From the NCBI GenBank assembly GCA_965603825.1, contig CBFDEM010000040.1, positions 62,001 through 126,000 on the forward strand: 64,000 nt of DNA, written 5' to 3'. Positions within the stretch are counted from its first letter, which is position 1. Every line of letters starts with the position of its first letter. A program made the position numbers and the translations under genes. This DNA comes from Blepharisma stoltei ATCC 30299. Taxonomy: Eukaryota > Protista > Ciliophora. The notes beneath the pieces were generated by a model. The model was not told where the DNA came from. It saw only the letters and a list, made by a program, of their open reading frames with translations, and made no database searches. Shown one piece after another: positions 1 to 13,138 of this stretch.

Positions 1-570
1 TAAATCTAAGTTTGAATTGGTATTTTTTCTGATCAGTTTTTCAGGTGAAACCGGCTTAAATTGGGACACACTTGATCGGTGTTTAATAAATTTATCCAAA
101 GCATCCGCATCTGAGTTTTTGATTTTATGCACAAAAGATAGGCCATCGCCTAGCTTTATCGGTGGGAGTTTACGCGGAGATCGTTGCAAATTTTCTCGGG
201 AGTTGCAGATATACGATTTTTTTTCAATAACAGGATTTTTCACAATTGAGGGATCATAAGATTTATAGTGTTTCTCCGAGGGGTTACTAGTCAGCTCTAC
301 AAATGGTTTAGCTGAAGTTCCGGACGGATCTAAAATCTTGAAGACTTCGTTTCACTTGTTTGTAAAAAAAGGTGAAGTTACCAGCCCACTTGGCGTGGAT
401 CGAAATCCTTTATTTGCATCAAATTTATCTTTTAATAGCAAATTATCTGTTGAACTAATAGCAGAGAGCGCTGTTCTTTTTAAAGGAGACAAGCTTGTAG
501 TTATTTCTGGCTTGTTGATTGGCGTTTTTTTGTAGAGCAGCTTTTTATTAAGGCTTCTTCGCCTCTCCAT
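1..570 (-). CDS. Hypothetical protein, 3' end runs off the window start
   Basis: ORF 352..570 ends at TGA (352-354). Read as Trp, the frame stays open (WNEVFKILDPSGTSAKPFVEL...TNSNLDL) to base 1. The start is uncertain. Confidence 0.65.
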
Positions 571-882
571 GGTGAGAATATTACCCTGATTATCAAATAC
601 AATTTATGCATGCTATGAAGTTCAGCTACTTAGACAGTTAGAAAAGCATAATAAGTCATCAAAGAAATTCCTTTAAATATATAGAGAATTAAAAATCTTG
701 TTAGCTGTTAATACCTATCATTATGATTCTTTATTTTAAATAAATAAAAATCATTACATTCCTCAGGTTTGATAATTTTAAAGAGTTATATTAAAAAATT
801 CTAAATTATTTGTCGGTATAATTTACCTCAGAAAATCAGAAAGCTTGAAATGCACTTTTTGCTTAAATAACTAATTTTTATA

Positions 883-1635
883 TTAAGATACGTACCCCAG
901 TATTGACTTGCAAACTTCACAACGGTGTACCAATTTTTTTTGTATTCATATCGGATTCGAGCAACACCCCATAGTTTTATACAAAAAATTCAAGAAAACT
1001 CCTTTAACTCCTCTTTCCTCTTTTAAAGAAATTTCTGAATTTACCAAAACTTCGCAGGTTCTGCAAAAGCATGCACAAGGAGATACCCCTAAAATGTCTA
1101 AATTTTGTATATAAGAGTCAGTAGATGTTTTAGTTTCATAGTACCCGAGTTCAAAAATATTGGGATTTATATTTTCATTTATATAAGAATTTTCATCAGA
1201 AAAACTTGCATTTCTTGATTGCTTTTCTTGAATTTCAAAATTCTGTAAAGATCGGACCAGATTTCTATCGACAATTTTATTGATTTGTGAAAATTCTTTG
1301 TTTTGTGCCGGAATAATAGAGCTTAAAGATACAAATCTTTGATTTTTGTTGTAAGAAAGGATTCTGCCAATACTATTCGGCTTAAGACTTTCTGTATTTG
1401 GACTAGGCAAAATATTTTCTATAGAAAATCCAAATTGGGAGACTGAGTCTTCTTTAGTCATTTCGTTTTCTTTGTTAGACACATTTTCAATTTCAATTGA
1501 TGAATTTTGAGATAATTTGCGCTTTTTATCAACAATAAAATTTTTGTAAGATGATTTCATTGATAAAAGTTTCGAATAGTGGGGTTCTCGTAGAGGAGAA
1601 ATTTCGAAGGATTGATTCCTATCAAGTGTTTCCAT
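883..1635 (-). CDS. LITAF-like zinc-ribbon domain protein (~250 aa)
   Basis: ATG at 1635. C-terminus has CFCRTC, a hydrophobic stretch, then CCSNPI-W(TGA 946-948)-IQKKLVHRCEVCKSILGYVS and TAA at 883-885. The second HxCxxC knuckle appears only with TGA read-through. Confidence 0.8.
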
Positions 1636-2185
1636 TTTATTCAAATTTAAATATTGAAAGCATAAATGTCACTGCGGATGCACTTTATGGAATATTAGGC
1701 TTAAAATGACTAAAAATCTTTATTTTGTGAATTATTTTATCTCCTGACCATATAACTAAATAGTTTTTACTAGAAAATATTTCTCTATGATTAATTACTA
1801 TCTTGGAGTTGTAATTATTATACTAAAAAAAGATATTAAGTTTGCTGAAGATAAAAATTATTTATATAATATCCAAGCTCTCCTATATTTAAAACCAATA
1901 CACCAATGCCGAAGAAAGCTACCAAAAATCTCCGCTTATTTTGCACAATCTAAAATTTTCCTCAGCTGTAACGAAATTCCTCTTCTCTCAACATCTAAAA
2001 ACAGCCTATCCTCCCAATTTCCCCAATCAAAATCTTCAATCCTCCTCCAAACATTAACATTTTTATTTCAATTCTCGCTAATATTATTAAACAATTTATC
2101 CATTATCTATCACCCTACCTTTTAATCCTTTCCACGATCCCAATAATCCAAGTAATCCATATATATTTAATAAGGTCATCAAAAT

Positions 2186-3811
2186 ATGAATCGGATTTCC
2201 TGCTCAGTATGTGGAGACGAAAGATGCCAACAAAACAATTTTTTTATTGAATCTGTCTATGTGCTTGAAGATAATATCTTCAGTCAATTGACGAACGATC
2301 TTCAGCTTTCGCTTTGCGAAAACCATTCTGAGTGCTATCTAAGTTACCCTCCTTCTCTAAAACACACATTCAAATACAATCGTCAGCAGCTCAGAGACGC
2401 TTGCAAATTTATGGGGGTGAAAATCCATGATGCCTATAAGATCACTGACCAAATTTTTAGTCTCATTTCTACTCATATTAAATCAAAAACACGTATACGT
2501 GAAGGAGAAATTTATCAAATAATTCCTGCGTTAACTTTATCTAATTCGGCCTTTGAAAGGTTTGCAAAAGAAGCGTTGTCTTCTCAAGAATACATAGGGG
2601 AACAGCATATAATTGATTTTAGAATTGCATGTGAAGTTGTATCTAAGCGCCGACCTGTGATTGTGCTATTAGGTGGAGCTTCAGGGACTGGTAAAAGCAC
2701 TTTATCGTCTCTCTTAGCAAGTAGACTAGGTATTTCAAGTATGCTCTCGACAGATTCAATTAGACATATATTGAGAAATGTCTTAAATCGAGATCAAGAT
2801 CCGATTTTATTTTGCTCTACCTATGAAGCTGGAAGTTTAATTAAAACTGAAGGCCTCACACCTAAGCAAGCTTGTATTCAAGGCTATATAGAGCAATCTG
2901 ATAAAGTCATAGATTATCTAGACAATGTCATAGAAGACTACCATCACCGAGGAGAAAGTATTGTAATTGAAGGCGTTCACCTCCACGTTGGCGCTATCAA
3001 AAAACTGATGAAAAAATACAATTCCTGCATCCCTTTTATTATCATGATAAAAAACAGCAAAAAACATAAAGAAAGATTTGCAGTCAGAAGCAAATGCATG
3101 ACACTTGATCCTAAGCTCAATAAATACGTAGCTAGCTATCCTAATATAAGAGAAATCCAAAAACGGTTTATCTTAAAAGCTGACGAATGCCTAATCCCAA
3201 AAGTTGATACCAGCAACTTGGATAGATCCTTAGGACTCTGCCATGCCACTATAGTAAGATGTTTGCGACAAGTTTACAATGGAACCAGCATCTATGATAC
3301 AGAAAGAAAACAAACAGTTCTAGTCCATGAAGAATTTAATTTTGTGGCAAGAAATATATGATCAAGCAAGCTTGCCCATGAAATGATCAAAACAAAGGTA
3401 AATAAAGGCGAACTTTTTAAAAGGTTTTTCAGGGATGGGGAAAGCTCGCTTGCGGTGTTTGAAAATGATAATGAAAAAAAAGAAAATAAATCTGAAGAAA
3501 CGGGCAGTGAAGGCCCAGAAATTGGCTCAATTGTGTCAGGAAGCGAAGTTTTTGACTTTACTCATAATAGACAACTGCCAGAAATAAAGGAAATGGAAAA
3601 TGGAGACTCTGTGTGTGGGATTGACGAAAGTGTAGAGGACATTGAAAGAGAGTCTTCACATGGAGGAGATTCGGCAAGTTATAGCTCAGGGAATAGCAAC
3701 AACCATTCTATTCATGAAGAGGAGGAAGAAGAAGATACTGATATTCCTCCAGCAGTCCCTATTGCTGTGCATAATTCTCCCAAAAATCATTATAGAAAAG
3801 TGAGTTTTTAG
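2186..3811 (+). CDS. 2-phosphoglycerate kinase-like P-loop NTPase (plant LPA1-like) with acidic C-terminal tail (~541 aa)
   Basis: Walker A GGASGTGKSTLS, then STDSIRH, IEGVHL and HKERFAVR motifs. ORFs 2186..3361 and 3383..3811 are joined in frame by TGA 3359-3361. Ends at TAG. Confidence 0.85.
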
Positions 3812-4397
3812 TGTAATCTTAAATATTTCTTATGGTTCTTATAATAATTATTTAATTTTACTGGTTGGAGCAATCGTATTTTAGGGAAATTAATTTTGAA
3901 TATATTATAAATTTTGCAAGAAATTGCCAGCTTTCATTTTTAAATAAGGTAGAAATAACTAAAACTCATCCATAATATGCCTAAATGTGTTGATAAATAA
4001 AAGATTTAGATACTCATATAATAGTTATTTATTATCTTATTATACCTACCTATAAAACATTTTATATATCATGATTAAAGATAAGCATTATCATTTAAAT
4101 GCAGTTATTTAGCTGAATTTTTGATGATTTTACTCAAATAATTTTTATTCTTTTAACTCCTAATTGGTTAATGATCAAAAATATCTAAGTAAGAATTATG
4201 TTACTTTTTTGAATCTTAATGCATATTATAATCTTCCTAAAACATTTTAGAAGCAGAAACTCCAATAGAAGTTTCACTATGCATTAAAATTTCAATTAAA
4301 AATCAATATATAATTTGGAATGTTACAAGGAACATATGGAAAAAAGCGAAATTCTTTATAAAATCTTAAAAGTAATCCATTTAACTATAAAATAAGA

Positions 4398-7300
4398 ATG
4401 GAAAGTATAGTAGAAAGCATTGCTAGCGAGAACATCGTAACAAGGAAAAATGCCCTCGAACAACTACTCATAGAATTTCGAAAAGAAAACAATTCTTTAT
4501 TAGTCCCTAATCCATCTCGATTTTTTACAGTTTTAAGAGATCGATTAGAAGACCATGACTGAGAAATCCTTTCACAGGTTCTCCAATTGCTCCAAGACCT
4601 GATCCCAGTATTTTTTATATAGAATTTCGGTCCAGACCTTGAAAGCAATTTTATTGTTTTAATGCCAAATCTTGTACAACTCCTTCAAGATCAAAGGCCA
4701 GGAATTGCAAAAAGTTCTTTAAATGTAATTAGTGCATACGTCCGTACAACGCGAAATATGGAAACTGCCATGAGCTATATCTTAAAATACGGTCTTCAAA
4801 GTGAAGAATGACGCCTAAAACACCAAACGTTACAAATAGTAATTCCTATCATAAAATTAGACCTAAGCTATACAGCTAATATCCCTGAAATGAAAAAAAT
4901 ATTCGAAAGGGTCATTGCTATGATAAAAGATACATCAGGGTTGGTATCTCAATCAGCCAAAGAGGTCGCTTTAGGGTTAAAAGATCTAGCTTTTGATTTT
5001 AATGCGATTTTTTCAAAAATCACGCCTGGTTACCAACAAATTTATAATGAAAGCTGTGAGGAAATTAAAGGAAATTCTCTGCTCAGAAATAATTTGCAGA
5101 AAGAAATTTTTTCGCCTATAAAATCATTTTTGGAAAAGCCCGACAAAAGGACAAGTGCATTTGCATTCCAAAGCGCATCTATAGGGGCTATAGCTAACGC
5201 AATGTCCCAAGGCAACTCTTCAGATTTGTTTAAAGAATCCTCTAAAAATGGGCTCGTTTTTGGGTTTATTCCTCCAAACCTTATGGTGCAGCTTGAAGAT
5301 ATAAGTAACTGACGAGCTCGAGTAAATGCTATAGAAGAGCTGGAAAATCTTGTAGAAAGGATGGAAAATTACACTGAAGCCTACCCATTTATGGCTGTTT
5401 TTATTAGATTTTTAAATAAACTTCTGGATGATACAAACTTTAAAGTTATGCTGTCGACTTTGGCAATTGTCTATACAATAGTGTCAATTCCAGGAATTTC
5501 TCAGCAAGCAAATATTTCTCAAATTGTGCCTGGGTGTATTAAAAAATTGGGAGATAATAAAATCGCTATTAGGCAAGCTGCATTTAAAGTATTCCAAGCT
5601 CTTTTGCAAGAAATGAAACCGAGAGTGCTGTTTCCTCATTTAATAGAATCATTGTCAAGTAATAATTGGCATGTGCGTGAAGAAACGATTATTGTGATGA
5701 TTGCAGCAATCCTTTTAGCTAAAGAAGACTATGAATTTAATTTTTCCACTTTAATTGGCCCTCTAGCCAAACTTCTTGATGACCCCAAAACTAAAATCCG
5801 CTTCGTCACAACTGAAGCTTTAGCACTTTTAGCCCAAAAGCTTGGTGTTGATACTGTAAATGACGAACTTGCCCCAATTGTTGACAACGCGGCCCTTGAA
5901 TCTCTCCAAAAAAGGTTCCGTTGCAAATTTCTGCCAAGCCTAAAAGACAACTATGTAGAATTCCCAAAAACCATCCCTAGTTCTGCTCCATTAATATCAA
6001 GCCCTTATTTAACTACAACTGATTTCAGCAGAACTACCGTTATAGGCGGGAGTATGGACCCAACCCCTAGAAAGGAATCTCCAGACGTCACAAATCCTAA
6101 TATTTTTTCTTCATCAGCCAACCAATTAAAATATTCAAGACTTCGCATGTCTTCTGAGTCTGGCGACGAAACTTTGCCAAGAATTAAAAACGAAGCAAAT
6201 TTATTAAGAAAAGGATTTATTTTAGAGAAAAAAAAAGCCGTGAATTTAAGGACTGAGTTTGATAAACCACCTACTGGGCCTATAAAATTGAATTATGCAA
6301 GCAGATATATAGCAAAAGAGTCACCAATAAAAGCAATGGGGCCGCTGCATAGAAGAGGGATTTCTGAAGAAAATGAAAATTCTTTTGAAGGCACACAGTC
6401 GTCGCCGACACTCATAACAAAATTAAATAGTGCAGATTTAACAGGCCAAAAAACTGAATCTTTAATTAACCAAAAAGCCTACCCAAGTGCAGAAAACTTT
6501 TCCAGTACTATAAAAAGTGAGTTTTCTAATAGTGATGTAATATATTTAAAACCAAACGAATTAGAACCACTAGATGACCCAGAAGATGCCTTAAAAAGAT
6601 GTGTATTGAGTGGGAGGTCTGATGATTGGAATGAATGCTTTGAGACCATTAATGTATTAAGAAGACTATTAAAACACCATCCAGGAGTATTTTTAAGCCA
6701 AGTTACCTTACACAATCTGTTTCTTGATGTCGTAAAGTGGGCTGAATCTTTAAGATCAGCGCTATGCAAAAATGCTATTATCGTACTAGGAGAAATGGCC
6801 GAGCATATTGGAAGAAATTTAGATGGAGAAATTCCAGATTTCGTAAAAATTATTATGAAAAAAGTTGTTGATACAAGCAGCTTTATTCAAGAGCAGACTG
6901 ATCAAACATTAGTTTCTATGTGTATGAATTTGAATGAAAATAAGCTTGCCTCTGCTTTACTTAATAATACTCAGTCTGCTAGAAATTCTTTAGTAAAAGC
7001 AAAAACAGCGTTTTGTTTTGGAAAAATTTTTGAAAGGCTGCGAGCTTCTATTATAAGACTGCGAGAAGTAGAAAAAATAATCCAATTATTAGGGACTTAT
7101 ATTTCTGATGCATCTCCAGAAGTAAGAGCTTCAGCAAGAGAAGCTTTAAACATTCTCAGCAGCATAATCCCAAGTGCGCAAGAGCATGACCGCTTACTAG
7201 CTAACTCTTTGACAGACAATACATATAGAAAAGTCAAAGAAAACACCAAGCAAAAAGAAAAAATAATCCCATTAAAAAAAAAGCACATGAAGTCTGAAAT

Positions 7301-8048
7301 AAAAATGCCTCTTAACCAGACAGACAATTTCCGCATGACAAGTCCTAGGAAGCAAGAACTTGAAACAGATCCTAATACAAATCCTGAAGAAAATGATATA
7401 ATTGTGAAAATGCTGGACGAGATGAATGATAATGAATGGAAAATGAGGCATGAAACTGTCGGAAAACTTGGAGAAATGGTGGCTGAAAATCCTAATAGTT
7501 TTAAAAAGTCCCAAAAAATGATACCACTAATCAGCATTTTAGCAAAAGGGCTAAGCGACCCAAATTTAAAGGTAAATATCCATGCTTTAGGCGTCATGAT
7601 AAAAATAATCCCACCATTAAACCACACTTTAGAGCCTCATTTAGGAATGGTAATTGGTTCTTTACTACCAAGCCTAGGCTCTGCTAACAGCTCTATCAGA
7701 GAAATTGCTAAAGAAGTGGTTTCGACGCTTCTTAAATACGCAGACCATCATACATTATTGCTTCCTTTTATTGCAGCAATACCTAATGCAAATAATAGAT
7801 CAAAATCATCATTATTGAATTTTATTATAGAGACAATTCCAAAAGTAAGCGAAAGACGGCCTCAGCTCATACAAAAACATGTGGTTCCTTTAATGTTTCG
7901 CTGCATGGACGAGCCTAAAGCTGATGTAAGAGAAGAAACAAACAGACTGGTAAAAAAAGTTTACGATTTGCTTGGATCAGCACTACTTGAAAGTGCTCCG
8001 TCTAGTAAGCTGCAGCGAATTATGGATATTCTAAATGAAGGAATGTAG
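4398..8048 (+). CDS. TOG-domain array / HEAT-repeat microtubule regulator (TOGARAM/Crescerin or CLASP-like, ~1211 aa)
   Basis: ATG 4398; TGA-Trp at 4560, 4809 and 5310; 15-nt intron 4608-4622. TOG HEAT-A motifs SNW(TGA)RARVNAIEEL, DDWNECFETI and NEWKMRHE are separated by Ser-rich linkers. Confidence 0.85.
4608..4622 (+). other. 15-nt spliceosomal intron
   Basis: gtattttttatatag; phase 0. Removal deletes the in-frame TAG. Confidence 0.85.
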
Positions 8049-8135
8049 CAGTTTTGCTTAGTTTATTGTGAAAATTAATTGATTATCAATATCTTTATAT
8101 AATTTATTAATTCTGTTAAAAAGCCTCAATAAAAA

Positions 8136-10019
8136 ATGGCTGAAAGAGAAAGAACTATGTTTAACCTCGGCTCAAGCCAAACTCCAAGGGCAAACTTTTA
8201 TGCTGAGCCAACTCAAAATCCTTTCCTCAGATCTGAGCGGCGCAATTTCTCCACAGCTGATCCCATAATTCCTATAGGCAGCCTCACCACAACCCCAACT
8301 TCCTCTGAGGAAGAAATTCTGCTTACTTTAAAAAGAACTCAAATGGAGCTTGGTCTAAGCCGAAATTTCGTTGATTTATACCAAAAAGCAATAGAATCCC
8401 GCTACATAATGAAAACAACTGAAGAAGAAAAACTGAGCTTGGCAAATGATGAATATTTTATTAGAGATTTAGACAACATGGTCTATAAAAGTGGAGGCAA
8501 CAGAATCCCAAATTCGAAATGGAAAGAAAATATAACGAGATATATAGAAGTCAAAATAAACTCAGAAAGACCGAAAACGAAAGTTCCAAGCTCGTTTAGC
8601 GGCAGAGCTGATATAGCGGCAAACCAAATGGAAGATTTACAAGTGACAAAATCCCCAAGGTCAACTGCGCTATCAAGAGAACAAATTATAAATTCTCTGC
8701 CTGCGCCTTCTTCTTATGAAGCTGCTAATGAGTATGCTTCAGCTAAAAAAATAGTAGAAATCATTATTGATGACGTAAATAACACTAAAGATAGCCAAAA
8801 CAGGAAATCAGTTATCCAGTTATATACAACGTATATAATAAACCATTTGCAAACTCAAGTGAGGACGAAAAAAGCTATAGAGATTGCACAAATTCTTAAT
8901 GGCCAGCTAGAAAAAGCTGGGAAAAGCCAAGACAATTTTGAAGAAGTTTTTAGAGCTGTTGAGTCTGATTGGATTGAAGAAGAATACGAAGAAAAATCGT
9001 CAAAAATTGTACCGAAGAAGAGAGCAGGAAAAGTAAAAGTTAGGTCTGGAAGGACAGGAGAAGAAGGAGAAGAGCAGGAAGGAGAAGAACAAAACAATAG
9101 AGAAATTTCAGAGCTAAGGGCAGCTATAGAACAGCAGGAAAGCAGCAAACTTCAAGCAGATAAAGAATACGAAACACTTAAATCTACACTAGATCAGGTT
9201 ATTTATGAAAAAAATATTTTAGAAAAAAAATTACAAGATAGCGATTTATATATACAAAAAAAGCTTGACGAAAGCCGAAATTATGAGCAAGAGCATGAAG
9301 CATATATAAACATACAAAAGAGGCATTTAGAGCTCCAAACCCAACTAAATGCCCAAGTGCAAGAGTCAGTGAATAAATCAAGAGAGCTGGAAACATTGAA
9401 AAAGCAATATGACGCCCAAATAAAGAAGCAGGAAGAACTTTTTAGGGAAAATGTTAAAGAACTTAATGAATTGAGAAGCAAAAATTTAGATATTTCGTAT
9501 CATAAAGGAATGCATTTGGACATCCTGGAAGAAAATTTGGAGCTCCAAAAGAAATTAGAAGAAATTTATAGGAGCGGAAGGCCATCTCAAGAAATCAGCC
9601 AAAATACCACAAGAATTGACAGTCTGGAAAGGGATATTAAAGAGCTAGAAATAGAAAAAAGAGTCCTGAAAAGTAGGAACGAAGCCTTAGATAACGAGCT
9701 TAGCAGAGTTTTGCAGGTAAAAGAAGATATAAATGCCAGCATAATTGAAGGCTATAAAAAAAGAAGTGAAAACCTTAACAAATTAGAAGACGAAATTATA
9801 GAAAGAGAAGAGAATTTAAGAGCCAGCGAGCAAGAATTAAAAGAAAAAGTCGATGCTTTTGAAAGAGAATCAATGATTTTGAAGAGAAGCAGCCTCAGCG
9901 CATTTAAAAATGATCTCATTGGCGATTTCTCAGATTCTTATATCTGGTATATTGTGATCTGCCTGCTGTTTTTCACTGTTGGAATTTTTTTAGCTAATAA
10001 ACAAGGATTCCAACAATAA
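8136..10019 (+). CDS. Coiled-coil protein with C-terminal tail-anchor helix (627 aa)
   Basis: Long uninterrupted ORF with E/K/Q heptads and a terminal hydrophobic segment YIWYIVICLLFFTVGIFLA. Confidence 0.8.
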   Translation: MAERERTMFNLGSSQTPRANFYAEPTQNPFLRSERRNFSTADPIIPIGSLTTTPTSSEEEILLTLKRTQMELGLSRNFVDLYQKAIESRYIMKTTEEEKLSLANDEYFIRDLDNMVYKSGGNRIPNSKWKENITRYIEVKINSERPKTKVPSSFSGRADIAANQMEDLQVTKSPRSTALSREQIINSLPAPSSYEAANEYASAKKIVEIIIDDVNNTKDSQNRKSVIQLYTTYIINHLQTQVRTKKAIEIAQILNGQLEKAGKSQDNFEEVFRAVESDWIEEEYEEKSSKIVPKKRAGKVKVRSGRTGEEGEEQEGEEQNNREISELRAAIEQQESSKLQADKEYETLKSTLDQVIYEKNILEKKLQDSDLYIQKKLDESRNYEQEHEAYINIQKRHLELQTQLNAQVQESVNKSRELETLKKQYDAQIKKQEELFRENVKELNELRSKNLDISYHKGMHLDILEENLELQKKLEEIYRSGRPSQEISQNTTRIDSLERDIKELEIEKRVLKSRNEALDNELSRVLQVKEDINASIIEGYKKRSENLNKLEDEIIEREENLRASEQELKEKVDAFERESMILKRSSLSAFKNDLIGDFSDSYIWYIVICLLFFTVGIFLANKQGFQQ

Positions 10020-10165
10020 TTTAAGTTAATAATTGAGGGTTAAAGGGAATTTTAAATAAAAATATTAATTTATTGGAAAAATTGCCTTTATTTTAAAAAT
10101 AAGGTCAAAGACTTAATTCTTCCATAATAAGTGTCTATGTGCCATATATTCACTATAATTTCAAG

Positions 10166-13078
10166 ATGGCTCAAGCTTATCAGCTAGAAAGCACCTTGAA
10201 ACACGGTGAAGAACTTCTTGAAAGCGGAAATGATGAAAGCGCTTTATTAGCGTTCCATGAAGGAATTACAAGCAAACGTCGTGGTTCTCAATTGACTTTT
10301 GACAAAATCATGGTATTACCTATATAGATCCACCATGTAGAGCTTTGTGCAAAGCTAGAAAACATCAAGTTCCTCAAAGAAGCCCTTCTAGTTTTTAGAA
10401 ATGCTGTCCAAAATATCACCCCACAGTCCTTACAAACAGTTTTAGAGCGTCTCCGCCAGAAAGCTGAGGCCAAGGTTGATCAGGCCTTACAAGATTACTC
10501 AGAAACCATTGACATTGGCGACTTAGAAGCTGAAGAACAGCCTGATAAACTATTACTGGCCTCCACAATGCCAGTCCAGCACGAAAGAGAAAAAGCTGAA
10601 ATCATCACAAACTCCTTAAAGTTCCTATGGGAGACCTATAAGCTCTGCTTAGACATCTTAAAAACAAATGGAAAAATGGTGACGGCTTATAAAGACACAG
10701 CCATCCAAGCACTTGATTTTTGCTTCAGACATAAAAGGCATTTTGAGTGCAAGAGACTGTGTGAGACTTTACGAGTCCATTTGCAAAATATTATAAAAAA
10801 TCACAAAAATATGGCCACGACGCTAAACTATTATATAAGCTTAGACGACGAAGAGACCATCAGCAGCTTGATAAAAATCAGAGAAAAACAAATCGACGTC
10901 TGCATGGACCTCGACCTATGGCAAGAAGCTTTCAAAACAGCTGAAGACACCCACCACCTTATGCAGTATAGAAAAAACCCACCAGCTTCTTTAGTAAGAT
11001 ACTGGGGTAGCTTAGCCCGAGTTTTTTGGAAAGCTGGCCACTATTTATTCCATGCCTATGCCCACTACCTCTGTTTAATTACTCATAGGAGACACAATAA
11101 AAGCTTCTCAGGAGAAAAAGATAAAAATATTTCCAGCTTAGTCGTCCTTGCCACTCTGGCAATTCCAACCTATAAACTAGCTGAAGATATTAACTCCATA
11201 CAAGAAGAGTCCCAATTAAACCATGATTTAGCAATGAAGCTTGCTAGCATGCTAAAATCCTCAGGAGTTTTATCAAGAGAACAGCTGATTCAGCTATTAT
11301 TGACTAAAAACATTGTAGAAGGCGCATCAGATGAAGTAAAAGAGCTTTATTATTTATTAGAAAATCAGTTTTTGCCACTCACACTTTCACATAAAGTGAA
11401 GCCTGTGCTGTCAAAACTTAAAGACAACCCTGAGCTCGCTATTTATATTCCGATCATTGAAAGACTGCTTGTCGGGCGTGTCTTAGGACAGCTAAGCAAA
11501 TGCTACTCAAGCATGAAAGTTGATACTTTCTGCAAGATAATTGACTTTATTCCTTACGAAACCCTTGAAGAGTACATCCTTGACATCGCCACAAATTCTT
11601 CCCTTTCTATAAAAATCGACTATATAAGGTCAGCCATTCTTTTTAAAGATAAATCTGAAAAGGCGAATCCAACCCAAAAATTGACTCAAATTAAAAAATA
11701 CTTACAAGAAAGCTATCTGGCAATCAAAAAAGACGATATTGCCGAAAAAAGAAAAAATTTGCACCATAATTGCTTTAAACAAGTAGAAGAAAGCTTAGCA
11801 AGAGACCAAGAAGAATTAATCAAAAAGAAAGAAGAAATGAATAAGATTTGGGTAACAAGAGAAGAAGATCAGAAAAACAAAGAAGACCAAGATAAAAAAG
11901 CTAAGGAAGAAGAAAAAGCTAAAATTGATAAAGATTTGAAAGAGAAGCAAAAGCAGGTAGAAATTGACATAAAATTGTCAAAATTGCAGCAGGAGAAAAA
12001 AGCGATTATTTTAGAAGAAATTTACCTGTGGATTTATAGAATCAAAGCACAAGGGTTTACACCAAAAGAAATGAATATTGATGGGAGGAGGCTTGATGAT
12101 ATGACTGATGATGAGTTAGTTGCCGTTGGGCCTGAAGCAATCCACAAGCTCTGCCTAAAACTGGTGGAAAAAGAAAAACGCGAAAAAGAACGCATCATGA
12201 ACGAAGAACAAAAAAAGCTTGAATACTTCGAGCGTGCCAAAAGAGAAACCATCATCCCAATCCTCCTTGAGCAATGGGAAAAAAACACTGACCAAGAAAT
12301 CCAAACTAAAAAAAATATCCTCAGAGAAAGATATGAACATGACATTAACTTAAAAACGAAACTTGAAAGAGTAAAAGACCTCAAGCGCGATTTCATACAA
12401 AATGAAGAAAAAAGAGCCATGACTGTCTATGAAGCTCAGGTAGATGAATGGACTAAGAAAATGAAAGAAGCATATAAGAAAATAGCCGTTGAAGAAGCAG
12501 AAAGCAGGCTTATTAGTGATAAAAAGAAAAAAGAAGAGGATGAGAAAAAGAGAAAAGAAGATGAAGAAAGGCAAAAGAAAGCAGATGCCTTAAGAGCTGA
12601 AGAAATGAGAAGGGAGCAAGAAAGCAGAAAATATATACAAAAAGAAGGGTTCAGAAGGAATGAAGAGCCTGTACAGACTACTATTGGCTGGAGGAAAGAG
12701 GTAAAAGAAGAAGAAAAGACACAGCCAACAACAGCTACTGGACCACCAAAGAGGTTTACAAATTCTGGCAAGAAAGTTGAACCTGTCACCAAAGCACCTG
12801 AACAAGCTAAACCTGAGATTGGCCCTACACAAAAAGTTGCTCAGGCTCCTCAAAGACCAATAGAAAGTAAGCCTATCACAAGGCCACCACCAGCCCAAGA
12901 AAGAAAAGAGCCAGAATCAGGTCCTCGGCCTAGGTTCTCGAACTCGAAAAAAAATGATCCTAAAAAAGCCGAAGAAACTAAAAGAGAAGAGCCTCCTAAA
13001 AGAAAGAAATCAGAACAAGAAGTCGATAACGAAGGATTCGTAACAGTTACCAAAGGAGCTAAGCCTCAGCATAAGTAA
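10166..13078 (+). CDS. EIF3A: Eukaryotic translation initiation factor 3 subunit A (~965 aa)
   Basis: MAQAYQLESTLKHGEEL...DKIM|IHHVELC after removing intron 10313-10327. LKFLWETYK, LCETLRVHL and DLWQEAFKTAED motifs, PCI region and charged coiled-coil tail. Confidence 0.93.
10313..10327 (+). other. 15-nt spliceosomal intron
   Basis: gtattacctatatag; removal restores the eIF3a N-terminal alignment. Confidence 0.9.
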
Positions 13079-13138
13079 TTCTCATCATATCCTTTTCAAT
13101 TAATTTCTAATAATTCCATATTTTCACACGTGTATTAT

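Noticed and set aside
586-600. Candidate 15-nt intron gtatttgataatcag (minus strand) upstream of the first gene
   Set aside because: It has TA at 9-10 but ends in CAG, and removal does not extend the reading frame to an upstream ATG. At most a 5' UTR intron, and unsupported.
1787-2125. 112-aa plus-strand ORF upstream of the 2-PGK-like gene
   Set aside because: I/L/S/F-rich composition typical of AT-rich non-coding DNA and no motif. It cannot be fully excluded.
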